A DNA stretch of 64,000 nt from NCBI GenBank assembly GCA_017302015.1, contig JAFLEE010000010.1:20752-84751 (forward strand), in the 5' to 3' direction. Positions 29,062-42,635 of this stretch are shown piece after piece. Every line of letters begins with the position of its first letter. The first letter of the stretch is position 1. The stretch is from Spirochaetota bacterium. Its GTDB lineage: Bacteria; Spirochaetota; UBA12135; COTS27; JAFLEE01. Below the pieces are notes generated by a model. The model did not search any database, was not told the DNA's origin, and was given only the letters and a program-made list of their open reading frames with translations. Made by a program: the position numbers and the translations under genes.

Positions 29062-29242
29062 TTTTCATTATAGGATGGAAGCGCAGGCCCTCCAACCGGC
29101 CCCCACCCCCATTCCGGTTGAAACCCTTCAAAAATCGCAGAATTTTGGTCTACGCCGGGGTGCCTTCCCCACCGTCAATGCGTTTGCGGGGGAGGAATAC
29201 CCTCGGAATGCTCAAAAACACCGGAGAACACCGGCTTTTCAG

Positions 29243-29271
29243 TTGACACCACTGGGGCCAAAGAGTATACT
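29243..29271 (+). promoter_or_regulatory. sigma70 consensus promoter of the ribosomal super-operon (TTGACA-N17-TATACT)
   Basis: Exact -35 TTGACA (29243-29248), a 17-nt spacer and -10 TATACT (29266-29271), ~135 nt upstream of rpsL. Hexamers this AT-rich are rare in the window. Confidence 0.6.
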
Positions 29272-29405
29272 TCCGCCTCTCGAAATCTGGCAACTCAAAG
29301 GCGTTCCTTGAATTTTTTGAGTCCGTCAGGCGAGAGAAAGCCTGCCACATAGACCCCGAAAGGGGTCGGCAATGAGGAAAGAGAAAGGAACACCCGGGGT
29401 AATTC

Positions 29406-29786
29406 ATGCCGACGATTCAACAACTCATTCGCCACGGTCGCAAAAAAACAAAGAAGGCGACCAAGTCGCGCGCTCTCATGGCGTGCCCCCAGCGCCGCGG
29501 CGTTTGCACGCGCGTGTTCACCATGACGCCCAAGAAGCCGAACTCGGCCCTGCGGAAAGCCGCGCGCGTGAAACTGACCAACGGCGTCGAGATTACGGCC
29601 TATATCCCCGGAATCGGCCACAACCTCCAAGAGCACTCCATCGTCCTCGTCCGCGGCGGCCGGGTGAAAGACCTTCCGGGCGTCCGCTACCACATCGTGC
29701 GCGGCTCCCTCGACTGCCTCGGCGTGGCCGACCGCAAGAAGGGCCGTTCGCGCTACGGCGCCAAGCGGCCCAAAGACAAGAAATAG
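29406..29786 (+). CDS. rpsL: 30S ribosomal protein S12
   Basis: [12 protein letters not shown]...[10 protein letters not shown]... is near-universal S12 sequence. Confidence 0.95.
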   Translation: MPTIQQLIRHGRKKTKKATKSRALMACPQRRGVCTRVFTMTPKKPNSALRKAARVKLTNGVEITAYIPGIGHNLQEHSIVLVRGGRVKDLPGVRYHIVRGSLDCLGVADRKKGRSRYGAKRPKDKK

Positions 29787-29832
29787 TCCGAACCGACTCT
29801 CTTCTATAAAACAAACAAGAGTTTAAACGAAC

Positions 29833-30303
29833 ATGTCCCGCCGCAAATCAGCCGATAAACGCGAGATCGCCCCCGATCCCGTCTACAACAGCGAATTGGT
29901 GAGCCGCTTCATCAACCGCCTCATGCTCGACGGCAAGAAGGGCAACGCCGAGAAGATCTTCTACGGCGCCCTCGACTCCATCAAAGAGAAGACCCAGCAA
30001 GAGGGCATCGAGATCTTCCAGAAGGCCATCGACAACGCCAAGCCCCAGGTCGAAGTCAAGAGCCGCCGCGTCGGGGGCGCGACCTACCAGGTCCCCGTCG
30101 AGGTCAATCCCGACCGCCAGCGGTCCCTGGCCCTGCGCTGGCTCATCGAGATCAGCCGCACCCGCAGCGAGCGCGGCATGACCGCCAAACTCGCCGCCGA
30201 ACTCATGGACGCCGCCAATAACCAGGGCGGCACCATCAAGAAGCGCGAAGACGTCTTCCGCATGGCCGAAGCCAATAAGGCCTTCGCCCATTACCGCTGG
30301 TAA
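29833..30303 (+). CDS. rpsG: 30S ribosomal protein S7
   Basis: 156 aa. Conserved S7 core (PDPVYNS..., ...[19 protein letters not shown]...). Confidence 0.95.
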   Translation: MSRRKSADKREIAPDPVYNSELVSRFINRLMLDGKKGNAEKIFYGALDSIKEKTQQEGIEIFQKAIDNAKPQVEVKSRRVGGATYQVPVEVNPDRQRSLALRWLIEISRTRSERGMTAKLAAELMDAANNQGGTIKKREDVFRMAEANKAFAHYRW

Positions 30304-30323
30304 TCCAGAAAACGAGTACTGCC

Positions 30324-32447
<2,124 letters not shown>

Positions 32448-32472
32448 GCAAGCACATCATCAGGAGAGATCC

Positions 32473-33663
<1,191 letters not shown>

Positions 33664-33700
33664 ACTCTCCACGTTCGTAATCGAATAAGGTTGGCATGCA

Positions 33701-34009
33701 ATGGCGGGACAGCGGGTTCGGATCAAACTAAAGTCGTTCGACAGCAAAGCGATCGACGTCTCGGCTCAAACGATCGTCGACTCGGCGAAGCGGAGCGGGG
33801 CGAAGATCGCCGGGCCCATCCCCTTGCCGACGCGCATCCGGAAGGTCACGGTGAACCGCTCGGTTCACGTGCACGTCACCTCCCGGGAGCAGTTCGAGAT
33901 GCGGACATACAAGCGCATGATCGATATCTATGATACCACCGCGGAAACGATGAACAGCCTCATGAACATCGAACTCCCGGCCGGTGTCTACATCGAGATC
34001 AAGCAATAA
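33701..34009 (+). CDS. rpsJ: 30S ribosomal protein S10
   Basis: ...RIKLKSFDSKAIDVSAQTIVDSAKRSGAKIAGPIPLPT..., 102 aa. Confidence 0.9.
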   Translation: MAGQRVRIKLKSFDSKAIDVSAQTIVDSAKRSGAKIAGPIPLPTRIRKVTVNRSVHVHVTSREQFEMRTYKRMIDIYDTTAETMNSLMNIELPAGVYIEIKQ

Positions 34010-34018
34010 GGGATCGCC

Positions 34019-34645
34019 ATGAAAGTGCTGGCAACCAAGATTGGCATGACCTCGGTGTTCACCGAGAAGGGGCTGCGGGTCCCCGTCACCCTCCTGCAGG
34101 TCGGACCGTCCAAGGTGCTCGATCTGAAGACCCCCGAGAAGGGCGGCTACCATGCGGTGGTCCTCGGTTTCGGGGCGCGCAAAGCGAAGAAAGTCACGAA
34201 GGCCCAGGCCGGGAACTACAAGAAGATCGGCACCGAGCCCGTTCGGATCATGCGTGAGGCCCGTTCCGAAGAGGCCCCCGCGGTGACCGTCGGGCAGGCG
34301 CTCGATGTTTCGCTCTTCGAGGGCGTGAAGTTCGTCGATGTCACCGGCGTGACGATCGGCAAGGGCTTCCAGGGCGTCGTCAAGAAATACCGGTTCCGCG
34401 GCGGTCCCGGCGGGCACGGTTCCAATTTCCACCGCCGCCTCGGTTCCGCCGGCGCCAACACTGACCCCGCCCGGGTCTGGAAGGGCAAGAAGATGCCCGG
34501 CCGCATGGGCGGCGAAAACCGAACGATCCTCAGCCTCGAAGTCGTCAAGGCGGACAAGGAAAACAACCTGCTGCTCGTGAAGGGCTCCGTCCCCGGTAGC
34601 CGCAACACCCTCGTCTGGGTCCGCAAGGCAGTGAAACGCACATGA
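34019..34645 (+). CDS. rplC: 50S ribosomal protein L3
   Basis: MKVLATKIGMTSVFTEKG...GKGFQGVVKKYRFRGGPGGHGS... Confidence 0.95.
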   Translation: MKVLATKIGMTSVFTEKGLRVPVTLLQVGPSKVLDLKTPEKGGYHAVVLGFGARKAKKVTKAQAGNYKKIGTEPVRIMREARSEEAPAVTVGQALDVSLFEGVKFVDVTGVTIGKGFQGVVKKYRFRGGPGGHGSNFHRRLGSAGANTDPARVWKGKKMPGRMGGENRTILSLEVVKADKENNLLLVKGSVPGSRNTLVWVRKAVKRT

Positions 34646-35274
34646 AAGCCCCGGTTAAGAATCTGAAGAACGAGAAGGTCGGCGAGATCGACCTGAGCGA
34701 CTCCGTGTTCGCGGCCGCCGTCAAAGACGGCACGGTCTACGATGCGATCCGCAATAGCCTCAATAACAAGCGCCAAGGCAACGCGAGCACCCTCAACCGG
34801 AAGCTCGTCAGCGGCACGACGAAGAAACCCTGGCGCCAGAAGGGCACCGGGCGCGCGCGCGCGGGTTCCAACAAGTCCGGCCTTTGGAGCGGCGGCGCCG
34901 TCATCTTCGGGCCCATGACGAAAGATTGGCGCTACGATATCCCACGCAAGATCAAGCAGAACGCCTTCCGCTCCGCGCTGACCCAATTGGCCGCGTCGGG
35001 CAAACTCATCGTCATCGACGGCTTCGCGGGCGTGGCCCCGAAGACCAAGCCCCTGGCCGAGTCGCTGTCCAAAATCGCCCCCGCCAAGAAGGTCCTCCTG
35101 GTCGTCGATGCCGCTGATAAGGCCGCCTACGAGACCCTTCGCCGCGCCGCGAAGAACATCGCCCGGGTCAAGATCACCCACGTCGATTCCGTCGAAATCC
35201 AGGATGTCTTCTATACCGACGAACTCGTCATCACCCAGGTCGCCCTCGAGGCGATCCAGAAGCGCCTCAGCTGA
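34642..35274 (+). CDS. rplD: 50S ribosomal protein L4
   Basis: 210 aa. ...KKPWRQKGTGRARAGSNKSGLWSGGAVIFGP... Overlaps the rplC stop. Confidence 0.95.
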   Translation: MKAPVKNLKNEKVGEIDLSDSVFAAAVKDGTVYDAIRNSLNNKRQGNASTLNRKLVSGTTKKPWRQKGTGRARAGSNKSGLWSGGAVIFGPMTKDWRYDIPRKIKQNAFRSALTQLAASGKLIVIDGFAGVAPKTKPLAESLSKIAPAKKVLLVVDAADKAAYETLRRAAKNIARVKITHVDSVEIQDVFYTDELVITQVALEAIQKRLS

Positions 35275-35281
35275 GCCCCCC

Positions 35282-35569
35282 ATGGATTACCAAAACATCA
35301 TCCTCGCCCCCATCGTGACCGAAAAGTCCACGGCGCTGAAGGCCCAGGGCACCTATAGCTTCCGCGTCGACAAGCGGGCCACCAAGATCGACATCGCCAA
35401 CGCGGTGCGCAAACTCTGGGGCGTCAAGGTCCATTCCGTCCGCATCGTGAATACGAAATCGAAGATCAAGGCGATCCGTTCCGCCGCCGCCTGGGGCCAT
35501 AGCGCGACCTTCAAGAAGGCCTATGTGCGCCTCGCCGACGGCGGGAAGATCGCCGAGCTCGACACCTAA
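35282..35569 (+). CDS. rplW: 50S ribosomal protein L23
   Basis: Internal ATG of ORF 35108..35569. MDYQNIILAPIVTEKSTAL...KAYVRLADGGKIAE. Confidence 0.9.
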   Translation: MDYQNIILAPIVTEKSTALKAQGTYSFRVDKRATKIDIANAVRKLWGVKVHSVRIVNTKSKIKAIRSAAAWGHSATFKKAYVRLADGGKIAELDT

Positions 35570-35578
35570 GGTTCCGCC

Positions 35579-36412
35579 ATGGCCATCAAATATTTCCTTC
35601 CGGTCACCCCGGGCCTTCGCGGGAAGGCCATCAACGATTACCGCGAGCTCACGAAGAAGGAGCCCGAACGGTCCCTGATCAAGGGCAAGCAGCGCCAGCA
35701 TGGCCGAGATATGTACGGCCATATCAGCGCCCGACGCCACGGCGGCGGTCACAAGCGAAAGTACCGCATGATCGATTTCCGGCGTGACAAGTACGACATG
35801 CCCGCCCTCGTGAAGGCGCTCGAATACGACCCGAACCGCACCGCCAACCTCGCCCTGCTGGTCTACCCTGACGGCGAAAAGCGCTACATCCTCGCCCCCG
35901 ACGGCCTCAAGGTCGGCGATACCGTGGTGTCCGGCGCCCAGGTGAAATCCCAACTCGGGAATTGCCTCCTCATCGAGAACATCACCGCCGGCTCCTTCAT
36001 CCACAATATCGAACTCCACCCCGGCCGCGGCGGCCAGATGTGCCGCTCCGCCGGCACCTTCGCGAAGCTCCTGGGCCGCGACGGCAACCATGTCAGCATC
36101 CAATTGCCCTCCGGCGAAGTGCGCATGGTTCCGGGCAAATGCTACGCCACGGTCGGCGAGCTCGGCAATAAAGAATGGTCCAACGAGAACTGGGGCAAGG
36201 CCGGGCGCACGCGCTGGTTCGGCGAGAAGCCCCGCAGCCGCGCCGTCGCCATGAACCCCGTCGACCACCCCATGGGTGGGGGCGAGGGCCGGTCCTCCGG
36301 CGGTCGGCACCCCTGCTCGCCCAAGGGAAAACTGGCGAAGGGCTTCAAGACCCGAAACAAGAAGAAGTACAGCAGCCACGCCATCGTGCGCTCCCGTTCG
36401 AAGAAGCGCTAA
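35579..36412 (+). CDS. rplB: 50S ribosomal protein L2
   Basis: 277 aa. ...NPVDHPMGGGEGRSSGGRHPCSP... Confidence 0.95.
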   Translation: MAIKYFLPVTPGLRGKAINDYRELTKKEPERSLIKGKQRQHGRDMYGHISARRHGGGHKRKYRMIDFRRDKYDMPALVKALEYDPNRTANLALLVYPDGEKRYILAPDGLKVGDTVVSGAQVKSQLGNCLLIENITAGSFIHNIELHPGRGGQMCRSAGTFAKLLGRDGNHVSIQLPSGEVRMVPGKCYATVGELGNKEWSNENWGKAGRTRWFGEKPRSRAVAMNPVDHPMGGGEGRSSGGRHPCSPKGKLAKGFKTRNKKKYSSHAIVRSRSKKR

Positions 36413-36430
36413 CCCTCCGGAGATCCGCCC

Positions 36431-36703
36431 ATGGCCCGTTCTGTCAAAAAAGGTCCCTACATCCACCCGAAGTTGTTCAAGAAGGTGAAGCAGGCTGAGA
36501 CGAGCAAGACCCTTGCTCCCATCAAGACCTACTCCCGCGCGTCCACCATCATCCCCGAGATGATCGGCAAGACGATCGCCGTGCACAACGGCCGCCTCTT
36601 CGTCCCGGTGAAGATCAACGAAAACCTCGTCGGCCACAAACTCGGGGAATTCGCTCCGACCCGGCTCTTCCGCGCCCACGGCGGCGACAAGAAAGTGGAG
36701 TAA
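36431..36703 (+). CDS. rpsS: 30S ribosomal protein S19
   Basis: [19 protein letters not shown]...[33 protein letters not shown]. Confidence 0.95.
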   Translation: MARSVKKGPYIHPKLFKKVKQAETSKTLAPIKTYSRASTIIPEMIGKTIAVHNGRLFVPVKINENLVGHKLGEFAPTRLFRAHGGDKKVE

Positions 36704-36710
36704 TCGCGCC

Positions 36711-37052
36711 ATGGAATCCCGCAGCATCAAGAAATACATCCGGATCTCGCGCCGCAAGGTCGCGCGCCTGGCGAGCCTCTGCTCCAACAAGCGCCTGGCC
36801 AACGTCAAGGCCCAAATGGCCATCCTTCCCCAGGATTCCGCGCGCCAAATCTTCAAGGCCCTCCGTTCCGCCGAGGCCAATTACCAGGTCAAGAACCCGA
36901 ACTTCAACACGGACAACCTCATCGTGCGAAGCATCAACGTCGAAGTCGGTCCGTCCTTCAAGCGCATGCTTCCGCGCGCGCGGGGCAGCGCCGACACGAT
37001 CAAGAAACGCAGCGCCCACATCCGGGTCGTCCTGACCGACGGCCAGAAATAA
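36711..37052 (+). CDS. rplV: 50S ribosomal protein L22
   Basis: 113 aa, L22 core, expected position. Confidence 0.9.
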   Translation: MESRSIKKYIRISRRKVARLASLCSNKRLANVKAQMAILPQDSARQIFKALRSAEANYQVKNPNFNTDNLIVRSINVEVGPSFKRMLPRARGSADTIKKRSAHIRVVLTDGQK

Positions 37053-37071
37053 GGTTTCCGAGGAACGCATC

Positions 37072-37806
37072 ATGGGTCAAAAAGCCAATCCCGTCGGTCT
37101 CCGGTTGAAGATCAACCGCACCTGGGAAAGCAACTGGTACGCCGAGAAAGATTACGGGAGCCTCCTGATCGAGGATCTGCGCATCCGCCGCTACATCCAA
37201 AAGAAGATCTTCCGCAGCAAGAACTACAGCAAGGTCGAGATCTCCGACATCCGCATCAAGCGCTTCCCCGGCCAGGTGAACATCTACATCTACACCAGCC
37301 GCCCCGGCCTCCTCATCGGAAAGAAGGGGCAGGACATCGACGATCTCCGCAAGCAATTGCAGGACCTCGTGCGCCCCAAAACGGCCGCCGCCCAGACCGA
37401 ACTGAAGATCAACATCAACATCAACGAGGTCAAGAAGGTCGACCTCGATTCCAAGATCGTCGCGCAGAACGTGGGCCGCGCCATCGAGGGCCGCATGGCC
37501 TACAAGCGCGCCATGAAGCAGGCGATCGCCCGCACGATGAAGAGCGGCGCCAAGGGGATCAAGATCCAGGTCTCCGGCCGCCTCGGCGGTTCCGATATCG
37601 CCCGCCGCGAATTCTTCCGCGAAGGTTCGATCCCCCTCCATACCTTCCGTGCCGCCATCGACCACGGGAAGTACGACGCCATCACGACCTACGGGGTCGT
37701 CGGCATCCAGGTCTGGATCTTCAAGGGCGAAGGCGACCGCGCCGACGGGAGCACCCTCGAAAGCCCCGGCGCCCTGGTCAATAAGCGCCAACCCACCAAC
37801 GATTGA
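37072..37806 (+). CDS. rpsC: 30S ribosomal protein S3
   Basis: MGQKANPVGLRLKINRTWESNWYAEKDY..., KH plus S3-C domains. Confidence 0.95.
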   Translation: MGQKANPVGLRLKINRTWESNWYAEKDYGSLLIEDLRIRRYIQKKIFRSKNYSKVEISDIRIKRFPGQVNIYIYTSRPGLLIGKKGQDIDDLRKQLQDLVRPKTAAAQTELKINININEVKKVDLDSKIVAQNVGRAIEGRMAYKRAMKQAIARTMKSGAKGIKIQVSGRLGGSDIARREFFREGSIPLHTFRAAIDHGKYDAITTYGVVGIQVWIFKGEGDRADGSTLESPGALVNKRQPTND

Positions 37807-37824
37807 TCCCGAACAGGAATTCCC

Positions 37825-38235
37825 ATGTTGATGCCGGCTAAAACCAAATATCGAAAATTGCAGCGTGGGCGCATCCACGGCAAGTCCAAGGACGGGAACA
37901 CGGTCTGCTTCGGCGACGTGGGCCTGCGCGCCCTCGAATCGGCCTTCATCACCGCCCGCCAGATCGAGAGCGTGCGGATCGCGATCACCCGCGAACTCAA
38001 GCGCGAGGGCAAACTTTGGATCCGCATCTTCCCGCACAAGCCCTACACCAAGCGCGCGGCCGAGACCCGCATGGGTTCGGGCAAGGGCGAAGTGGAATAC
38101 TACATGGCCGTCGTCCAACCGGGGCGCATCCTGTTCGAGATCGGCGGAGTCAGCGACGCGCTCGCCCGCACGGCTTTCGCCAAGGCCGCCTACAAGCTCC
38201 CGATCAAGACCGCGATCATCACCAAGAAGAACTGA
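37825..38235 (+). CDS. rplP: 50S ribosomal protein L16
   Basis: [38 protein letters not shown]... Confidence 0.95.
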   Translation: MLMPAKTKYRKLQRGRIHGKSKDGNTVCFGDVGLRALESAFITARQIESVRIAITRELKREGKLWIRIFPHKPYTKRAAETRMGSGKGEVEYYMAVVQPGRILFEIGGVSDALARTAFAKAAYKLPIKTAIITKKN

Positions 38236-38237
38236 CC

Positions 38238-38435
38238 ATGGCTGAAAAAAAGAAAACCGAAACCACGCTTCCCGGGAACCCCGAGGCGCTGAAGGGCCGC
38301 TTGGGCGAACTGCGCGAGAAGATCCGCAAGATGCGCTTCGACGCCGCCGCCGGCCAACTCGACGACACCAGCCAGATCAAGAAGTCCCGCCGCGAGTTGG
38401 CCCGGGTGCTGACCGCGCTCGGGAAGAAATCCTAA
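38238..38435 (+). CDS. rpmC: 50S ribosomal protein L29
   Basis: Internal ATG 3 nt after the rplP stop. 65 aa, ...[44 protein letters not shown]. Confidence 0.85.
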   Translation: MAEKKKTETTLPGNPEALKGRLGELREKIRKMRFDAAAGQLDDTSQIKKSRRELARVLTALGKKS

Positions 38436-38446
38436 GGAATCATGCC

Positions 38447-38719
38447 GTGAGCCAGAATCAAAAACGGATCCTGCAAGGGATCGTGGTTTCCACGAAGATG
38501 GAAAAGAGCGCGGTCGTCAAGATCGAAACGCTCAAGATGCACCCCAAGTACCACAAGCGGGTGAAGCACTCCAAGAAGTACGCGATCCACGACGAGAAGA
38601 AGATCTGCGCGCCGGGCGACCTGGTCGAGATCATCGAGTGCCGGCCCATCAGCAAGACCAAGAAGTTCACCCTCCATCGCGTGCTCAAGAAGGCCCCGAT
38701 GCAAGAGGTGGCCGTATGA
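38447..38719 (+). CDS. rpsQ: 30S ribosomal protein S17
   Basis: GTG start. ...[44 protein letters not shown]... Confidence 0.9.
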   Translation: MSQNQKRILQGIVVSTKMEKSAVVKIETLKMHPKYHKRVKHSKKYAIHDEKKICAPGDLVEIIECRPISKTKKFTLHRVLKKAPMQEVAV

Positions 38720-39084
38720 TCCAAGTCCAGACCGTCCTCAGCGTCGCCGACAATAGCGGCGCCAAGGAAGTGATGTGCGTCAAGGTCCTGGGCGGTTCGC
38801 GCAAGCGCTACGCCAAGGTGGGCGACGAGATCGTCTGCGCCGTCCAGAAGGCCGCCCCGGATTCCAACGTGAAGAAGGGCACCGTGGTGAAGGCGGTGAT
38901 CGTGCGCACGCGCTCCCAGATCCGCCGCGAAGACGGCACCTCGATCCGCTTCGACGACAACGCCGCGATCCTCGTCGACAAAGACCGCAACCCCGTCGGC
39001 TCCCGTGTCTTCGGGCCCGTCGCCCGGGAATTGCGCGACCTCAACTATATGAAAATCATCTCCCTCGCCCCGGAAGTCGTATGA
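38716..39084 (+). CDS. rplN: 50S ribosomal protein L14
   Basis: Internal ATG at 38716 (ATGA overlap with the rpsQ stop). [40 protein letters not shown]... Confidence 0.95.
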   Translation: MIQVQTVLSVADNSGAKEVMCVKVLGGSRKRYAKVGDEIVCAVQKAAPDSNVKKGTVVKAVIVRTRSQIRREDGTSIRFDDNAAILVDKDRNPVGSRVFGPVARELRDLNYMKIISLAPEVV

Positions 39085-39413
39085 AGGCTGAACACATCCC
39101 CACCAAACTGAAAAAGGGCGATCCCGTGATCGTCATCTCCGGAAAGGAGAGCGGCAAGCGCGGCAAGATCAGCGAACTCGACCGCGCGCGCGGCCGGGTG
39201 ACGATCGAGGGCGTCAATATGGTCAAGAAGACGCTGCGCAAGAGCAAAGACCACCCCCAGGGCGGCGTCATCACCCGCGAGGCCCCGCTGGCCGTGTCCA
39301 ACGTGATGTATTTCGACGAGAGCGTGAATAAGGCGACCCGGCTCGGCTGGAAGGTCGGCGCCGACGGTTCGAAGAAACGCCTGAGCAAAAAATCAGGCAA
39401 GGTGATCGACTGA
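39081..39413 (+). CDS. rplX: 50S ribosomal protein L24
   Basis: ATG at 39081 overlaps the rplN stop. ...[21 protein letters not shown]..., KOW motif. Confidence 0.9.
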   Translation: MKAEHIPTKLKKGDPVIVISGKESGKRGKISELDRARGRVTIEGVNMVKKTLRKSKDHPQGGVITREAPLAVSNVMYFDESVNKATRLGWKVGADGSKKRLSKKSGKVID

Positions 39414-39414
39414 C

Positions 39415-39951
39415 ATGGTCAAGGGCAGCAAAGAACATTACCAACAGCAGGTCGTGGCCGAATTGATGAAGGCCTTCTCGGCCAAGTCGCCCATGGCGGT
39501 CCCCCGCCTGAAGCACATCACCCTCAACATGGGGCTGGGCGCGGCGAAGGAAAACAAGAACATCATCACCGAGGGCCTCAAGGCGCTCGGCTCCGTCGCG
39601 GGCCAGAAGGCGGTCCCCACCCTCTCGAAGAAGGATATCGCCCAATTCAAGATCCGCAAAGACCTCGCCATCGGCGCCATGGTCACCCTGCGCAAAGAGC
39701 GCATGTGGTCGTTCATGGGCCGTCTGGTCAACGTCTACCTCCCGCGGGTGAAGGATTTCAAGGGCCTGTCCAAGAAGGCCTTCGACGCCCAGGGGAACTA
39801 CTCCATCGGGATCAACGACGCGCGCGTGTTCCCGGAACTCGGCGCCCAGGCCACCGTGAAGGGCATGAGCGTCACGCTGGTGATCCGGTCCGATTCGTCT
39901 GAAAAGTCGCAAAAAATGCTTGAACTGATGGGCCTGCCCTTCCGCAAGTAG
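39415..39951 (+). CDS. rplE: 50S ribosomal protein L5
   Basis: 178 aa. ...[15 protein letters not shown]... Confidence 0.95.
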   Translation: MVKGSKEHYQQQVVAELMKAFSAKSPMAVPRLKHITLNMGLGAAKENKNIITEGLKALGSVAGQKAVPTLSKKDIAQFKIRKDLAIGAMVTLRKERMWSFMGRLVNVYLPRVKDFKGLSKKAFDAQGNYSIGINDARVFPELGAQATVKGMSVTLVIRSDSSEKSQKMLELMGLPFRK

Positions 39952-39977
39952 GCGACCGGGGAAATACGAGGGAATCT

Positions 39978-40163
39978 ATGGCTAAACTTTCCATGAGGGT
40001 CAAGCAGCAGCGGGCGCCGAAATTCAAGGTGCGCGCCTATCACCGGTGCCAAATGTGCGGCCGGAGCCGGGGCTATATGCGCCGGTTCAAGATCTGCCGG
40101 ATCTGCTTCCGCAAATTCGCCAACGAGGGTCTCATCCCCGGCGTGGCCAAATCGAGCTGGTAG
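39978..40163 (+). CDS. rpsN: 30S ribosomal protein S14, zinc-binding type Z (61 aa)
   Basis: [61 protein letters not shown], with CxxC...CxxC zinc ribbon. Confidence 0.95.
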   Translation: MAKLSMRVKQQRAPKFKVRAYHRCQMCGRSRGYMRRFKICRICFRKFANEGLIPGVAKSSW

Positions 40164-40171
40164 GGGAACAT

Positions 40172-40558
40172 ATGGACCGCATCGCGAATTTCATCTCGAT
40201 CCTCAAGACGGGCCAGCGCGCCCGAAAGGATTTCGTCCTCGCTCCCTCCAGCAAGATGGTGCTGGGCCTCCTGGGCATCATGAAGGATACCGGCTACGTC
40301 GCCGACTTCGAGGTCCAGGGCGAGGCCGTCAAGCAGGTCAAGGTGACGCTGAAGTACGCGGAGAACGGCGAACCCGTCATCCGCGACCTCGTGCGCCTCA
40401 GCCGTTCCTCCCGCCGCGACTACCGGGGCTCGAAGGACCTTCCGCGCGTGGCCAACGGCTACGGCACCGTGATCGTGTCCACCTCCAAGGGGCTCATGAC
40501 CGGCAAGAAGGCCCAGGAAGAGCACCACGGCGGCGAAGTCATCTGTTACGTCGTCTAA
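40172..40558 (+). CDS. rpsH: 30S ribosomal protein S8
   Basis: Internal ATG at 40172. MDRIANFISILKTGQRARKDFVLAPSSKMVLGLLGIMKDTGYV... Confidence 0.9.
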   Translation: MDRIANFISILKTGQRARKDFVLAPSSKMVLGLLGIMKDTGYVADFEVQGEAVKQVKVTLKYAENGEPVIRDLVRLSRSSRRDYRGSKDLPRVANGYGTVIVSTSKGLMTGKKAQEEHHGGEVICYVV

Positions 40559-40570
40559 GCGGAGCATTCC

Positions 40571-41107
40571 ATGTCGCGATACGAAAATAAGCCCCTCGCC
40601 GTCCTCCCCGCCGTGCAAGTGTCCCTCAAGGACCGCGACGTCGTGGTGAAGGGCGCCAAGGGCGAATCGACCTTCCGTTGCCCCGAGAACACCAAGGTGA
40701 CCCAGGCGGCCGGCGTGCTCACGGTCGAGCGCGAAGACAAGAACAAGTCCACGGGGAGCCTCGTCGGCCTGACCTACCGCATGCTCCAGAACATGATCGA
40801 GGGCGTCACCACCGGGTTCCAGAAGGATCTCGACCTCACCGGCGTCGGCTACCGCATGGCGATGAAGGGGCAGATCCTGAACCTCCAATTGGGCTTTAGC
40901 CACGACATCAACTTCGAGGTCCCCAAGGGGATCCAAATCGAACTCAAGCCGAACCACGTCACCATCCGGGGCACCGACAAGCAATTGGTGGGCCAGGTGG
41001 CCGACAAGATCCGCGGTTTCCGACCCGTCGAGCCCTACAAGGGCAAGGGTTTCAAATATTCGGACGAGGTCGTCCGTCGCAAGGCCGGCAAGTCCGGCGC
41101 CAAGTAG
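40571..41107 (+). CDS. rplF: 50S ribosomal protein L6
   Basis: 178 aa with two L6 repeats. Confidence 0.95.
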   Translation: MSRYENKPLAVLPAVQVSLKDRDVVVKGAKGESTFRCPENTKVTQAAGVLTVEREDKNKSTGSLVGLTYRMLQNMIEGVTTGFQKDLDLTGVGYRMAMKGQILNLQLGFSHDINFEVPKGIQIELKPNHVTIRGTDKQLVGQVADKIRGFRPVEPYKGKGFKYSDEVVRRKAGKSGAK

Positions 41108-41120
41108 GGGAGTGAGAGTC

Positions 41121-41447
41121 ATGCCCGTCGATTCACGCGAACGCCGCAAAAAACGCATCCGCCGCAAAGTCAGCGGCACCCCCGAACGCCCGCGGATGAC
41201 CATCTACCGCAGCCTTCGCTCCCTCTACGCCCAAGTGGTGGACGACAGCGCGGGCAAGACCCTGGCCGCCGCGGAACTCCGCGGCAAGAAGAACCAGGTC
41301 GCCGGGAAGGAACTGGGCGATACCTTCGGGAAGAAGCTCGCCGACGCGAAGATCGCGGCCGTCGTCTTCGACCGCAACGGTTACCGCTACCACGGCGTCG
41401 TGAAGGCCTTCGCCGAGGCCGTGCGCGCCAGCGGCGTGAAGTTTTGA
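41121..41447 (+). CDS. rplR: 50S ribosomal protein L18
   Basis: ATG at 41121 preceded by SD GGGGAG. ...RRKKRIRRKVSGTPERPRMTIYRSLRSLYAQVVDD... Confidence 0.9.
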   Translation: MPVDSRERRKKRIRRKVSGTPERPRMTIYRSLRSLYAQVVDDSAGKTLAAAELRGKKNQVAGKELGDTFGKKLADAKIAAVVFDRNGYRYHGVVKAFAEAVRASGVKF

Positions 41448-41463
41448 TCGTTAGGAGCCATCA

Positions 41464-41982
41464 GTGATTTCCCAAATCCGGAAGAAAATCAACGCCGAGC
41501 AGGTCGAAGGCCTCGAGGAGCAGCTCGTCAAACTCGTGCGCACGACCAAAGTCGTGAAGGGCGGTCGCCGGTTCCGTTTCGGCGCCCTCATGGTGGTCGG
41601 GAACAAGCGCGGGATCGTCGGCCTCGGCTACGGCAAGGCGAACGAGATCCCCGAAGCCATTCGAAAGGCCGTCGAGGACGCCAAGAAGAACCTCATCGAG
41701 ATCCACCTCAAAAAGGGGACGATCCCGCACGAGATCAAGATGAAGTTCTGCTCGTCCATCGTGTGGATGAAGCCCGCCACCGACGGCACGGGGATCATCG
41801 CCGGCGCCAATATCCGCGCGATTATCGAGTTCGCCGGCATCCAGAACATCCTCGCGAAATCCTACGGCTCCCGCAACACGATCAACGCCTCGAAAGCGGC
41901 GGTGAAGTGCCTCACCAGCCTGATGAACGCCGGCACGATGGCCCGCAACCGCGGCCTATCGCTCGGCCAGTTCTTCAATTAA
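41464..41982 (+). CDS. rpsE: 30S ribosomal protein S5
   Basis: GTG start, 172 aa. ...VVKGGRRFRFGALMVVGNKRGIVGLGYGKANEIPEAIRKA... Confidence 0.95.
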   Translation: MISQIRKKINAEQVEGLEEQLVKLVRTTKVVKGGRRFRFGALMVVGNKRGIVGLGYGKANEIPEAIRKAVEDAKKNLIEIHLKKGTIPHEIKMKFCSSIVWMKPATDGTGIIAGANIRAIIEFAGIQNILAKSYGSRNTINASKAAVKCLTSLMNAGTMARNRGLSLGQFFN

Positions 41983-42001
41983 TAGACCTCAAGGACCGCG
42001 C

Positions 42002-42169
42002 ATGAAAATCAAATTGGTTCGCAGCCCCATCGGCACCACGCAGGACGTCCGCCGCACCCTGCGCTGCCTCGGGCTTTGCCGCATGCACCAGACCGCCGAA
42101 GTCGCCGAAACACCGACCCTCAAGGGGATGGTGGCCAAGATCAAGCACCTCGTGAAAATCCTACCTTAA
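42002..42169 (+). CDS. rpmD: 50S ribosomal protein L30
   Basis: Not in the ORF track (55 aa). My own translation: MKIKLVRSPIGTTQDVRRTLRCLGLCRMHQTAEVAETPTLKGMVAKIKHLVKILP. Confidence 0.85.
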   Translation: MKIKLVRSPIGTTQDVRRTLRCLGLCRMHQTAEVAETPTLKGMVAKIKHLVKILP

Positions 42170-42184
42170 TCCGGAATGACCTCC

Positions 42185-42625
42185 ATGAAGCACCTCCATC
42201 CCCCCGCGGCCTCCCGCACTCGGAAAAAGATCCTCGGCCGCGGCACCTCCTCCGGGAAGGGCCGAACCTCCACCAAGGGCCATAAGGGCCGCAAGGCCCG
42301 CGCCGGCGGGACCGTCCTCATGGGCTTCGAGGGCGGGCAGATGAAGCTCGTCATGCGGATGCCGAAAGTCGGCTTCAGCAATATGCCCCACCGCGAAGAC
42401 CGCGTCGCCGTGAACCTGAAGGAACTCGAACTGGTGTACCAGGCGGGCGAGGAAGTCTCCATGAAGACGCTGCGGGAGAAGTCCCTCATCCGCAAGAACG
42501 ATGCCCTGGTGAAACTCCTCGGCATCGGCACGCTGAGCAAGAAATTGACCGTCGCCAAGGGCATTACCGCGTCCGCTTCGGCCCGCAAGGCCATCGAAGG
42601 GGCCGGCGGCTCGTTCGCGGCTTGA
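42185..42625 (+). CDS. rplO: 50S ribosomal protein L15
   Basis: MKHLHPPAASRTRKKILGRGTSSGKGRTSTKGHKGRKARAGG... aligns with the L15 N-terminus. An alternative ATG lies at 42176. Confidence 0.9.
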   Translation: MKHLHPPAASRTRKKILGRGTSSGKGRTSTKGHKGRKARAGGTVLMGFEGGQMKLVMRMPKVGFSNMPHREDRVAVNLKELELVYQAGEEVSMKTLREKSLIRKNDALVKLLGIGTLSKKLTVAKGITASASARKAIEGAGGSFAA

Positions 42626-42635
42626 TGGATCTGCG

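Noticed and set aside
29075-29311. 78-aa ORF in the rpsL upstream region
   Set aside because: It contains the consensus promoter inside it. There is no SD and the composition is low-complexity.
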